Shown here piece after piece: positions 26,335 to 36,699 of a stretch of DNA of 64,000 nt (positions are counted from its first letter, which is position 1; every line of letters starts with the position of its first letter). Source of the DNA: Eledone cirrhosa (lineage: Eukaryota); contig OZ024763.1 in NCBI GenBank assembly GCA_964016885.1, positions 23,994,001 through 24,058,000 of the forward strand. Reading direction: 5' to 3'. The notes beneath the pieces are model-generated. The model saw only the letters and a list, made by a program, of their open reading frames with translations. It searched no databases and was not told where the DNA came from. Made by a program: the position numbers and the translations under genes.

Positions 26335-26692
26335 TATCATCATCATCACTCGTCGACTACTGTCGAGATGATGGATCTCACTCTCATGCCCCAGAATTCC
26401 CTGTCCCCCATTGATGCCCCCAGGTCCTGTCTGCTGATTCCCCTATCCCTAGAGATAACGTCAGGGAATGACAGCTTCCTACTCCTAGTCAGGCTGGAGT
26501 CAGGGTTCCAGAGCAAGAGAGCGGATATGATTTCATTGCTGGCACGGTGACAGTGGCCAGCAGATTGAGCTCTCCGGGATTTTAGAAGGGCAGAGGCTCG
26601 AGGGAGTTTGCCATAGATTTTAGACAAGGTGGGATGTCGTTTCCAGGATAGGTTTTGCACTCTCATTAAGAGGCGGGTATATGTGCCATCCA
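26335..26692 (-). mobile_element. RTE-clade LINE 3' end (second family)
   Basis: [22 protein letters not shown]...[11 protein letters not shown]...LLLWNP...DREFW...VVDE* followed by (TGA)n. Confidence 0.85.
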
Positions 26693-26904
26693 ATATATAT
26701 ATACATACACATACATATATATATATATATAGATACATATAAATACATATATATACATACACATACATATATATACATACATATATATACATACACATAC
26801 ATATATATATACATACATATATATACATATATATACATACACATACATACATATATATATACATATATATATACATACATATATATACATATATATACAT
26901 ACAC

Positions 26905-26971
<67 letters not shown>

Positions 26972-27152
26972 TATATATATACATATATATATGTATTTTT
27001 GGAAGAATTTAGTAAAATAAGATTGTACATTTTTTTTCTGTTTATTTATAGTAAAGATCAGATTTAACAAAGTCGAAGCTGGTATTTGGAATATAATTTA
27101 ACAAAGGATTCTTAGATACACATATATATACACTAATACATATACATACATA

Positions 27153-27202
<50 letters not shown>

Positions 27203-27589
27203 CGTGTATATATATATATAACACAAACATATACAAACACACACATAAATACATACATATATATATATATACACACATATACACTACATATACACATTAC
27301 ACATATACACACCACATATATAAACGTATACACTACATTATACACACATATATGTGTATAAATATGTGTGTATATATACACATATATACACACATATATA
27401 CACACATATATACATACACATATATACACACACATATATACTCTACATATATATACACTACATATAAATACACTACATATATACACTATATATACATACA
27501 CACATTCAAAACCTTTTGTCTGATGTAACCCAATTTTAGATATTTTTTCAATCAAAGCTTTTAATAAATTTGATTACTAAAGTAACATA

Positions 27590-29140
27590 GTAGTAGTGGT
27601 GGTAGTGGTAGTGGTAGCGGTGGTAGTGGTGGTGGTAGCGGTGGTGGTGGTGGTGGGGGTAGTGGTGCTGGTGGTGGGGGTAGTGGTGGTGGTGGTGGTA
27701 GTAGTGGTGGTGGTGGTAGTGGTAGCGGTGGTAGTGGTGGTGGTAGTGATAGTAGTAGTGGTGGTGGTGGTGGGGTTAGTGGTGGTGGGGGGGGGGGTAG
27801 TGGTGGTGGTGGTGGTAGTAGTGGTGGTGGTGGTGGTAGTGGTAGTAGTGGTGGTGGTGGTGGTGGTGGTAGTAGTATTAGTGGTGGTGGTGGTGCTAGT
27901 GCTAGTAGGAGTAGTGGTAGTGGTGGTAATAGTAACACAGTAGGTGGTGGTGGTGGTGATAGTAGTAGTGGTGGTAGTAGTAATAGTAGTAGTAGTAGTA
28001 GTAGTAGGTGTGATGGAGTGGGTAGTGATGGTAGTAGTAGTAGTAGTGGTGGTGGTGATGGTAGGTGATGCTGATGGTTGTGTAAAAGTGGATATATGAT
28101 GATGATGATGGTGATGGTGGTGGTGGTAGTGATGGTGATGTAGATGGTGGTGGTGGTGATGATAGTGATGATGGAGTAGATGGTGGTGGTTGTGGTGATG
28201 GTGGTGTAGATGTTGGTGGTGGTGGTGGTGCTGTAGATGGTGGTGGTACAGATGGTAGTGTAGGTGGTGATGGTGGTGCTGCTGTAGATGTTGGTGGTGG
28301 TGGTGCTGTAGATGGTGGTGGTGGTACTGTAGGTGATGGTGGTGGTGCTATAGATGTTGGTGGTGGTGGGGGTGGTGCTGTAGTTGGTGGTTGTGGTGGT
28401 GGTGCTGTAGTTGGTGGTTGTGGTGGTGGGGGTGGTGCTGTAGATGGTGGTGGTGGTGGTGCTGTAGATGGTGGTGGTGGTGGTGGTGCTGTAGATGGTG
28501 GTGGTGATGGTGGGGGTGGTACTGTAGATGGTGGTGGTACAGATGGTAGTGTAGGTGGTGATGGTGGTGCTGCTGTAGATGTTGGTGGTGGTGGTGCTGT
28601 AGATGGTGGTGGTAGAGATGATAGTGTAGATGGTGGTGGGGGGGTGCTGTAGATGGTGGTGGTGGTGGTGCTGTAGATGGTGGTGGTGGTGGTGCTGTAA
28701 ATGTTGGTGGTGGTGGTGGTGCTGTAGATGGTGGTGGTGGTACTGTAGGTGATGGTGGTGGTGCTATAGATGTTGGTGGTGGTGGGGGTGGTGCTGTAGT
28801 TGGTGGTTGTGGTGGTGGTGCTGTAGTTGGTGGTTGTGGTGGTGGGGGTGGTGCTGTAGATGGTGGTGGGGGTGGTGCTGTAGATGGTGGTGGTGGTGGT
28901 GCTGTAGTTGGTGGTGGTGGTGGTGGTGCTGTAGATGGTGGTGGTGATGGTGGGGGTGGTACTGTAGATGGTGGTGGTGGTGGTGGTGCTGTAGATGGTG
29001 GTGGTGGTGGTGGTGGTGGTGGTGCTGTAGATGGTGGTGGTGCTGTAGATGTTAGTGGTGGTGGTGGTGGGGTGGTGTAGATGTTGGTGGTGGTGGTGGT
29101 GGTGGTGCTGTAGATGGTGGTGGTGGTGTTGGTGGTATCA
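27590..29140. repeat. (GGT/AGT)n and ggtggtgctgtagat minisatellite
   Basis: Direct reading. Confidence 0.9.
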
Positions 29141-29639
29141 GTAGTTTTCTGAGGGAGAAAGTGAAAACTGTGTTGTCTGGCTGTCAGCCAGGTTGTCTCA
29201 AGGTTGGAGTACATGTGTAGGTGGCATTATATATATATATATATACACCCCACCCTTAATCCATATATATACATGTGTGTGTATATATATATACACACAT
29301 GTATATATATGGATCAGGGGGGGGGGTGTATATAAATATATATATTATATATACAAATAGAGAAAGAGAGAAAGATAGATATAGATAGAAATGCTATGTA
29401 TGTATTTGTGCATGTATGTATATAAATATATGATTATATATATATATATATATATATATCGTGTATTGGTATGGATTCAGAAATCCACAAGTCTTGGTGG
29501 GCTGTTTATCCAGAGTCTGGTGCTACCTTAACCAATTGTACCTTGAGCAGATCAATTGTGAAACATGTGTCACGTGCGATTAAACAATGATGTTATATTG
29601 ATACTTCATTCCTGCTTATTATTATTATTATTAATACGT

Positions 29640-30255
29640 CCCTTTACGGTCTGAGTTCAAATCCCGCCGAGGTTAACTTTGCCTTTCATCCTTACGGGGT
29701 CGATAAAATAAAGTACCAGTAATGCACTGAGTAATTGCTGGCCTTGTGCCAAAAGTAGAAACAATTATTATTAATAGGCGGTGGATTGGCAGTATTGGTA
29801 GAGTGTCGGACACCATGCTTTGATGCATAGAGTTACGGCCCTTGCCATTCTGAGTTCAAATCCTGCCGAGGTTAACTTTGCCTTTCATCCTTACGGGGTC
29901 GATAAAATAAAGTACCAGTAATACACTGGTTTAATTGCAGGCCTTGTGCCTAACGTAGAAACAATTATTATTATTAATTTAAATAGAGACTATTATTATA
30001 ACAGGTGGCAGATTGGCAGTATCAGTAGAGTTTTGGACACCATGCTTTGTGGCATAGAGTTACATCCCTTTACATTCTCAGTTCAAATCCTGCTGAGGTT
30101 AGCTTTACCTTTCATCTTTACGTGGTCAATGAAATAAAGCACCAGTCACGCACTGGGGTCGATATTGATTACATCGACCCCAGCGCATGACTGGTGCTTT
30201 CCCCTCTCCTCAGTTTTCTGGCCTTATGCCTAAATCAGAAACCATTATTATTATT
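29640..30255 (+). mobile_element. Three tandem SINE family B copies (tRNA-like head, Deu/Nin-like body as recalled, (ATT)n tail)
   Basis: Full copy at 29777-29975: A-box-like tggcagtattgg, B-box gagttcaaatcc, body gcctttcatccttacggggtcgataaaataaagtaccag, tail acaattattattatt. Confidence 0.85.
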
Positions 30256-30348
30256 TTATATATATATACTGTAAAAACATTGATGTAAATCATACATACA
30301 TATATATATACATATACATACACATATATATATATATATACACATATA

Positions 30349-30400
<52 letters not shown>

Positions 30401-30499
30401 CACATATATATATACATATACATATATATATATACACATATATATATATATATACATATATATACATATATATATATACATATATATATACATATATAT

Positions 30500-30780
30500 A
30501 TCATCATCATCATCATCATTTTACGTCCGCTTTTCCCTGCTTGATTTCTACAGCTGGATGCCCTTCCTAACACCAACCTCATTTACAGTGAGTGCTGGGT
30601 GTTTTTTTGCCGTGGCACCTCCACGACCACTTTGCAGTGGAATGATTTGGACCCCAGTCCCTATCATCTCATTTCTACAGCTGAGTAAACTGGAGCAATG
30701 TGAAATAAAGTGTCTTGCTCAAGGAAACAACACATCACCTGGTCTGAGAATTGAACTCACAACCTTTCGATTGCAAGGCC
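30500..30780 (-). mobile_element. SINE family A, inverted partner of the 30835 copy
   Basis: Reverse complement of the family A body, lacking the first ~25 bp. Confidence 0.9.
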
Positions 30781-30834
30781 ATATATATACACACACACAC
30801 ACACATTTTCCAATATATATATATATATATGTAT

Positions 30835-31167
30835 GGAGGCACATGGCTTAGTGGTTAGAGCATTGGCCTTGCAATCGAAAGGTTGTGAGTTCAATTCTCA
30901 GACCGGGTGATGTGTTGTTTCCTTGAGCAAGAGACTTTATTTCACATTGCTCCAGTTTACTCAGCTGTAGAAATGAGATGATAGGGACTGGGGTCTCTAT
31001 CATTCCACTGCAAAGTGGTCGTGGAGGTGCCACGGCAAAAAAACACCCAGCACTCACTGTAAATGAGGTTGGTGTTAGGAAGGGCATCCAGCTGTAGAAA
31101 TCAAGCCAGAATCAGTTCCCGTCCCACCCTTGCAAGCAGGGAAAAGCGGACGTAAAATGAAATGATG

Positions 31168-31168
<1 letters not shown>
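30835..31168 (+). mobile_element. SINE family A, full length (tRNA-derived head, CORE-like and Meta-like domains, RTE-derived tail)
   Basis: Head ggaggcacaTGGCTTAGTGGttagagcattggccttgcaatcgaaaggttgtGAGTTCAATTCtc carries A and B boxes. tccttgagcaagagactt...ctcagctgtagaaatgag resembles the MIR CORE. Then ggttggtgttaggaagggcatcc and a tail shared with the RTE at 63045. Confidence 0.9.
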
Positions 31169-31199
<31 letters not shown>

Positions 31200-31276
31200 C
31201 ATATATATATATACATATATATATATATATTTATTGGAAAATGTGTGAGATCCTTGGTACAGTTAGGTATATTTGG

Positions 31277-31417
31277 AAAAAAAGGAAAAGAATGACTTCA
31301 CTTGTAGTTCTAAATAATTTGATTTAATTTTATAATTTTATAATATTATGATATAAAATTAAATCAAATTATTTACCACTACAAGTGAAGTTATTCTTTT
31401 CCTTTTTTTTCAAATAT
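31277..31417. repeat. AT-rich inverted repeat (~65-bp arms) in a (TA)n context
   Basis: aaaggaaaagaatgacttcacttgtag...aataatttgatttaattttat pairs with ataaaattaaatcaaattatt...ctacaagtgaagttattcttttccttt. Confidence 0.85.
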
Positions 31418-31434
31418 ATATATATATATTTATC

Positions 31435-31808
31435 ATCATCATCAACGTTTAACGTCCGTGTTCCACACTTGCATGGGTTTGGACAAGAGTGATTGTCTTG
31501 CTCGCATAGGACTGTCTGGTGGGTTTTCTACAGCTGGATGCCCTTCCTAACACCAACCATATTTACAGGTTTTTACCGTGTTTTTACCGTGTTGCCTACA
31601 CGGCCACATTACAGCGTGGACTGTGTGTTTTTTTGTCGTGCCATCTACACGATCTCATTTGTTTTGGCCTGGATGTTGTGGCACCAACATAACTTTACAT
31701 TGAAAGGGGCGGTGTGGATGGGGTGGGGGTGGTGGGACGAGGGTGTATTTTGTTAGAGATGCCTACTGACTGTATTAGGTTTTACTTTGTATTTAGGTAA
31801 GGCGGGTA
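31435..31808 (-). mobile_element. 3' UTR of the SINE-domain RTE family
   Basis: Reverse complement of 24465-24870. Confidence 0.8.
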
Positions 31809-31811
31809 TAT

Positions 31812-31839
<28 letters not shown>

Positions 31840-31842
<3 letters not shown>

Positions 31843-32195
31843 CATCATCAATTTACGTCCGCTTTTCCCTGCTTGCAAGAGCGGGATGGGTCCTATTCAG
31901 CATCTCTCCACTTGTCACGGGGTCCTTCGTCATCCCATCTCCTTCGTGAGCTTCAGTGTTCTGAAATCTGCTCTTACCACCCCCGCTCATGTTTTTTGTG
32001 GCCTTCCTCTACTGCATTTTTCTTCCACTAGGACTTCTTAGCACTTCTTTACCCAGCAGTCATCCTCCATGTGCATCACATGTCCGTACCATCACAGTCT
32101 TCTCTGCCGCACACTACAGTCTATCCCTCTTATACACAGTTTCTCTCTCAACTCGCCTATGCTTGGTCGTTCACGCACATTGAAATTGCACATCC
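31840..32195 (-). mobile_element. RTE LINE 3' fragment (SINE-A partner type)
   Basis: WMCNFNVRERPSIGELREKL...WYGHVMHM...RGRPQK...VVRADF with stops. Ends in the cttgcaagcagggaaaagcggacgtaaa tail. Confidence 0.85.
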
Positions 32196-32216
32196 AAATA
32201 TATATATATATACACA

Positions 32217-32433
32217 CAGTTTACTCAGCTGTAGAAATGAGATGATAGGGACTGGGGTCTCTATCATTCCACTGCAAAGTGGTCGTGGAGGTGCCACGGC
32301 AAAAAAGCACCCAGCACTCACTGTAAATGAGGTTGGTGTTAGGAAGGGCATCCAGCTGTAGAAATCAAGCCAGAATCAATTCCCGTCCCACCCTTGCAAG
32401 CAGGGAAAAGTGGACGTAAAATGAAATGATGAT
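32217..32433 (+). mobile_element. SINE family A, 5'-truncated
   Basis: Nearly identical to 30955-31168. Confidence 0.9.
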
Positions 32434-32504
32434 GAAAAAAAACACACACACAAATATAATTAGTTGGCAGCAGCAGTAAGACAGTGTTTAAGCATAATAG
32501 GTGT

Positions 32505-32907
32505 GTATATGAAGATACATATAAACATATACAATATGTTTGTATACAACAAACATATGGATAGACTTCACTGCTGAAGAAAAATATTTTTTCTTAACAA
32601 AAGAAAAATAATTTTTCTTCACGAAAGAAAAAAAAAAAATTTTTCTCTACTTTCCTCTATGAATATATCATAGAGTTGACTGTTTATTCTGAGTATCAGA
32701 CAATGTTGTTTTTAAAATTGTGATGAAAGTTTAATGAATCTTGAAACAACATTGTCTGACACTTTCAGAATATGCTGGCAAGTCTATAAAATATTTATAA
32801 AGGAAAATATTTTTTGTTTTGTTAAAAAAAATATTTTTCTTCAGTATCGAAGACACCCATATGTCTATTGTATGTAAACATATTAAGTTTATATATCTTC
32901 ATATACA
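32505..32907. mobile_element. ~400-bp degenerate fold-back (MITE-like) element
   Basis: Arms pair at three levels: gtatatgaagata/tatcttcatatac, ctgaagaaaaatattttt/aaaaatatttttcttcag and tcagacaatgttgttt/aaacaacattgtctga. Confidence 0.65.
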
Positions 32908-32908
32908 G

Positions 32909-32939
<31 letters not shown>

Positions 32940-33242
32940 ATATATATATACACACACTTGTATACTAATCTGTTTGGTGGTGGTAGTGAAGGTGATGGTA
33001 GTAGTTGTGGTGGACAGGATGGTGAGATACCCAATACATCAGCCATACCATCATTCCAAATCATAAATGCCCTCCTCATAAATGCCCTCCTCTATATTTT
33101 ACAAAGGTAAAACTGCAGTCCAGGGAATCAAGGACACCAATTTCTGATCTTCTGTGACAATGTGTGGACTAAAAAGGGGAAAGTAGGGAGGGGGGGTCTC
33201 TATAGCAATCAGAGGTCTTGAGTGGACAGTGGAGGTCTCTAT

Positions 33243-33560
33243 GGTGAGATCAAAGCTCCAATATTACAGACATGTGGTTAGAATGTCTCAGGAAAGAATC
33301 ACTGGACAGATTTGAGAGATCACAGCTCTGATACTACAGACATGTGGTTAGAATGTCTCAGGAAAGAATCACTGGACAGATTTGAGAGATCACAGCTCTG
33401 ATACTACAGACATGTGGTTAGAATGTCTCAGGAAAGAATCACTGGACAGATTTGAGAGATCACAGCTCTGATACTACAGACATGTGGTTAGAATGTCTCA
33501 GGAAAGAATCACTGGACAGATTTGAAAGATCACAGCTCTGATATTACAGACATGTGGTAG
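33243..33560 (+). repeat. 70-bp tandem repeat (~4.5 copies) of an RTE coding segment
   Basis: gagatcacag at 33316, 33386 and 33456. The unit encodes RSQL*YYRHVVRMSQERITGQI. Confidence 0.9.
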
Positions 33561-33785
33561 CAGCTCTACCTGGAGTAGCTCTCTGATCTCTGAGCTACAA
33601 ATCTGTCCAGCAATATTTTCCTGAGACATTCTAACCACATGCCCATAGTATAAGAGCTGTGATCTCTCAATTCGGAGAAGTAGTGGCTCTACCTGGAGTG
33701 ACTCTCTGATCTCTGAGCTACGCACTTTATCAAGTAATGTTACTCCAAAGATCTATTGGAGGAATCCCAGTTTAGCCACTAGTAT
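33560..33785 (-). mobile_element. RTE (Expander/Rex3-like) fragment, inverted relative to the adjacent repeat
   Basis: KVRSSEIRESLQVEPLLLRIERSQLLYYGHVVRMSQE. Confidence 0.8.
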
Positions 33786-34564
33786 TCGCGATCGAAATCA
33801 ACACAAATATTTAGTTATATGTCCATTCCTCAGTGCTCTGGGCAGCTACAATATAGACAATATATTTTTGCAACCACAAAGCTATGATGTACGATGCCTT
33901 GTTTATTTGTTCACACCTTGAATCAGACATAGACTAAGAATTAATACCTGTCAAAACAAAAATCTGAGCACAAGAAAACACCAGTAATGTTGCATGGTTT
34001 ATGCCCGCTACTTGCCAAGTTATGCAGTTAACTTTGAGGAAGGAAATTCCTTGGTAAGCAGCCATAATTTTCACCTACCTTCTTCATCATATGGCACCAA
34101 CCACACTTGTTGTAAAATAGATGCTAAGAAGGTTTAATGTGCATATTGGTAGTGTGTGTTCACTGACATAAGTGAAGGTGCATAGCTGAGTGTTTAGTGG
34201 TTCATTTAGAGGTGATGGGTTCATGATTGTAAGGTCATGAGGTCGATTTCTGAACTGAGGAGTAAGTGGTGTTCATGGCAAGACCAACACACTTTGTTTG
34301 ATGTACTGTATGTACTCAAATATAAGCTGCCCCTTCTACTTTACGTCTGAGAAATGGGCAAAAATCCAAACCTTGTTTATTAACCTAGGCATCTAATCAA
34401 CACAGTATATTTAGATGGCATGGTTTTGAAATTCTCATGAGTATATACTATATTTATGAAATTTTAATATTTTGAAGTTTAAAATGTTTTAAGTGTAGTT
34501 TAAAGTATAGTTTTTGTTTCACAACTCCATTACATAATGAGTTTCCATTATGTTAAGTTTCAAT

Positions 34565-34695
34565 GGCCCTTTATGATCTGAGCTCAAATCACGCCGAAGT
34601 TAACTTTGCCTTTCATCCTGACAGGGTCGATAAAATAAAGTACCAGTAATGCACTGGGGTAATTTCTGGCCTTGTGCCAAAAGTAGAAACAATTA
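34565..34695 (+). mobile_element. SINE family B, 5'-truncated
   Basis: Matches 29640-29775. Confidence 0.85.
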
Positions 34696-34859
34696 TGTTA
34701 TGTTTCAACAAGTTTCATGAATTTGTGTTTACTTCTGGTCAGTTGAAAGCAAGAGATCGAATGAGAGAACTTCGGATAGGGATTCATAGAGTAGAAAAGG
34801 GAAGGAGAATGAGGACAAATGAGGCCCTGTGCTAGTTAAGTTATCTAAAAAAAAAAGTC

Positions 34860-34975
34860 TGTCTTAAGCCAGAAGGCTCATTTAGCCGGTGCTTATCCTG
34901 GTTTCATGGCGTGAAACGACTGAGAGTACAAGACTCCCCCCCTGGACAGGACGCCAGTCCATCGCAAGTTAAGTT
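34860..34975 (-). mobile_element. SINE family C fragment
   Basis: gactcccccctggacaggacgccagtccatcgcaagtta matches the 4150-4800 and 49373 units. Confidence 0.7.
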
Positions 34976-35319
34976 ATCAGGCCCCTTATTTGAAAAAAAT
35001 TTGAAAAATTCATTGTAAAGAATTATTTTGGCAGGGAGATGCTGAATATAAGCCGACCCCAACTTTACCATCAATTTTTTGGTCACATATTCCTCAGCTT
35101 ATATTCAGGTATACACAGTAATTATTCGTGATAGGACTGAGGCCCCTATTATTAAAACACCCAAGAAACCTCCTATGAAATACAACCTTGTAGGAGGCTA
35201 GCTACATATGTGTGATCTGTAACAACAACAACATAGGACCTAAGCTTTTCATCCGAGAACTTTCCTATAAGATTCAAACTTGAAGGAGGTCAACTATATT
35301 TCCATATGTAACAACAGCA

Positions 35320-35675
35320 ACATGAAGGCAAGAAAAACCCCTATATTTCCAATACCCGAAAAGGCTGAATAAGGGAGGAAGAGGGCAAGTTAAATACACA
35401 AAACTGGTTAAGAAAAACTGGACTAATTAAAAGCTGTGACTGAAAGATTTCTAATTGGAGCCCAAGAACAAAACCTCCTTATCAGAAACCACGAGAACTA
35501 CATAATTGTTTCTAGTTTTGGTACAAGGCCAGCAATTATCCCAGTGCATTACTGGTACTTTATTTTATCGACCCTGTAAGGATGAAAGGCAAAGTTAACT
35601 TCGGTGGGATTTGAACTCGAATCATAATGAAGCACAACATAAATAACCGCAGAATATGAAGTGGTGGGAAAGAAA
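35320..35675 (+). mobile_element. Old R4/Dong-like internal remnant split by a SINE B insertion
   Basis: Frame-broken EKPLYFQYPKRLNK...NWLRKTGL...FLIGAQEQNLLIRNHENYI|MKHNIN matches the recalled R4-clade post-RT pattern KPLHGxY...WL...ETEG.I.AAQDQ.L.TRNY. Confidence 0.6.
35504..35622 (-). mobile_element. SINE family B, 5'-truncated, flanked by cataat direct repeats
   Basis: cataat at 35501-35506 and 35623-35628. Confidence 0.85.
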
Positions 35676-35677
35676 TA

Positions 35678-36000
35678 TGAGATCACAGCTCTGATATTGC
35701 AGGCTTGTGGTTAGAATGTCTCAGGATAGAATTACAGGAAAAATTTTATGGACAAAATTAACCGGTATGAAAGACAGGGATAGACCCCGAGCAAGATGGT
35801 TGGACAACAACCATGAGCTTAACTGGTCTCGTTGAGAATCAAGCCAGATCAGTTGGAGATGGTTGCTCCTGAGAAGATCCACTGAAAGGAAATCCAGGGG
35901 TAGACTCCCCCAAGCAATATGGTTGGAAAACAACCATGAGCTTGGCTGGTCTTGCTTGAGAATCAAGCCAGATCAGTTGGAGATGGTTGCTCCTGACATG
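35678..36000 (+). mobile_element. RTE (Expander/Rex3-like) 3' fragment with a local duplication
   Basis: VVRMSQDRITGKIL...DRPRARWLDNNHELNWSR...IKPDQLEMVA, with the last ~100 bp duplicated. Confidence 0.75.
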
Positions 36001-36019
36001 GCCCATGAGAAGGAGTGTT

Positions 36020-36145
36020 TAATCGACCCCCATAAGGATGAAAGGCATAGTTAACCTCGGTGGGATTTGAACTCAGTTCATAAAGGGCCGTAACTCTATG
36101 CTGCAAAGCATGGCGTCCGATCCTCTACTAATACTGCCAATCTAC
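36020..36145 (-). mobile_element. SINE family B, 5' half
   Basis: Reverse complement of the head and body. Confidence 0.75.
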
Positions 36146-36189
36146 TCTTAATGTAATTATGTGCAAGCATAACACTTTTCTATTTGTAT

Positions 36190-36322
36190 GAAATCTGCTG
36201 ATTTTATATGAATGAAACAGTTCTAGTCCTGTAGAAGCCATTTCTGTGTTACATTTTTTTTACACTCTACTAATGTATTGAGTACCTTATTTACTGTGGT
36301 TATCCCTGATATCACTCAGGAT
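36190..36322 (+). mobile_element. Penelope-like end fragment (same family as 44629-44746)
   Basis: gaatgaaacagttctagtcctgtagaa...gtattgagtacctta. Confidence 0.55.
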
Positions 36323-36406
36323 ATATCTACCCATCTCTCTCTATCTATCTATATATATATATATACACGCACACATTCATTATCATACACACATTAAATG
36401 TGTGTG

Positions 36407-36456
<50 letters not shown>

Positions 36457-36699
36457 ACCATTAACACCTATAAAAGTAGGTCAAGAGTTTGAGGCCATCT
36501 GCTTGTAGCCACCACCCGACTCCTTCCTGTTCTCTGTCATGTGATCACACACACACACACACACACACACACATGCATCCATATGCATACAGGTGCACAC
36601 ACCTTCCTATACACACACTCATACAGATACACATTCCTACACACACGCGCACACATGCAATATGTTGTATAAATGCAGAACAAAACCAGGTACACACAC

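Noticed and set aside
28348-29148. Mucin-like STAPPPP frame after a strong minus-strand acceptor (ttttcactttctccctcAG)
   Set aside because: A phase-1 join to the upstream exon stops at once, the frame drifts into poly-His, and no donor was found.
30835-30906. tRNA-Cys-like gene (GCA triplet in the anticodon position)
   Set aside because: It is the SINE A head; the stems are broken and it continues into the SINE body in every copy.
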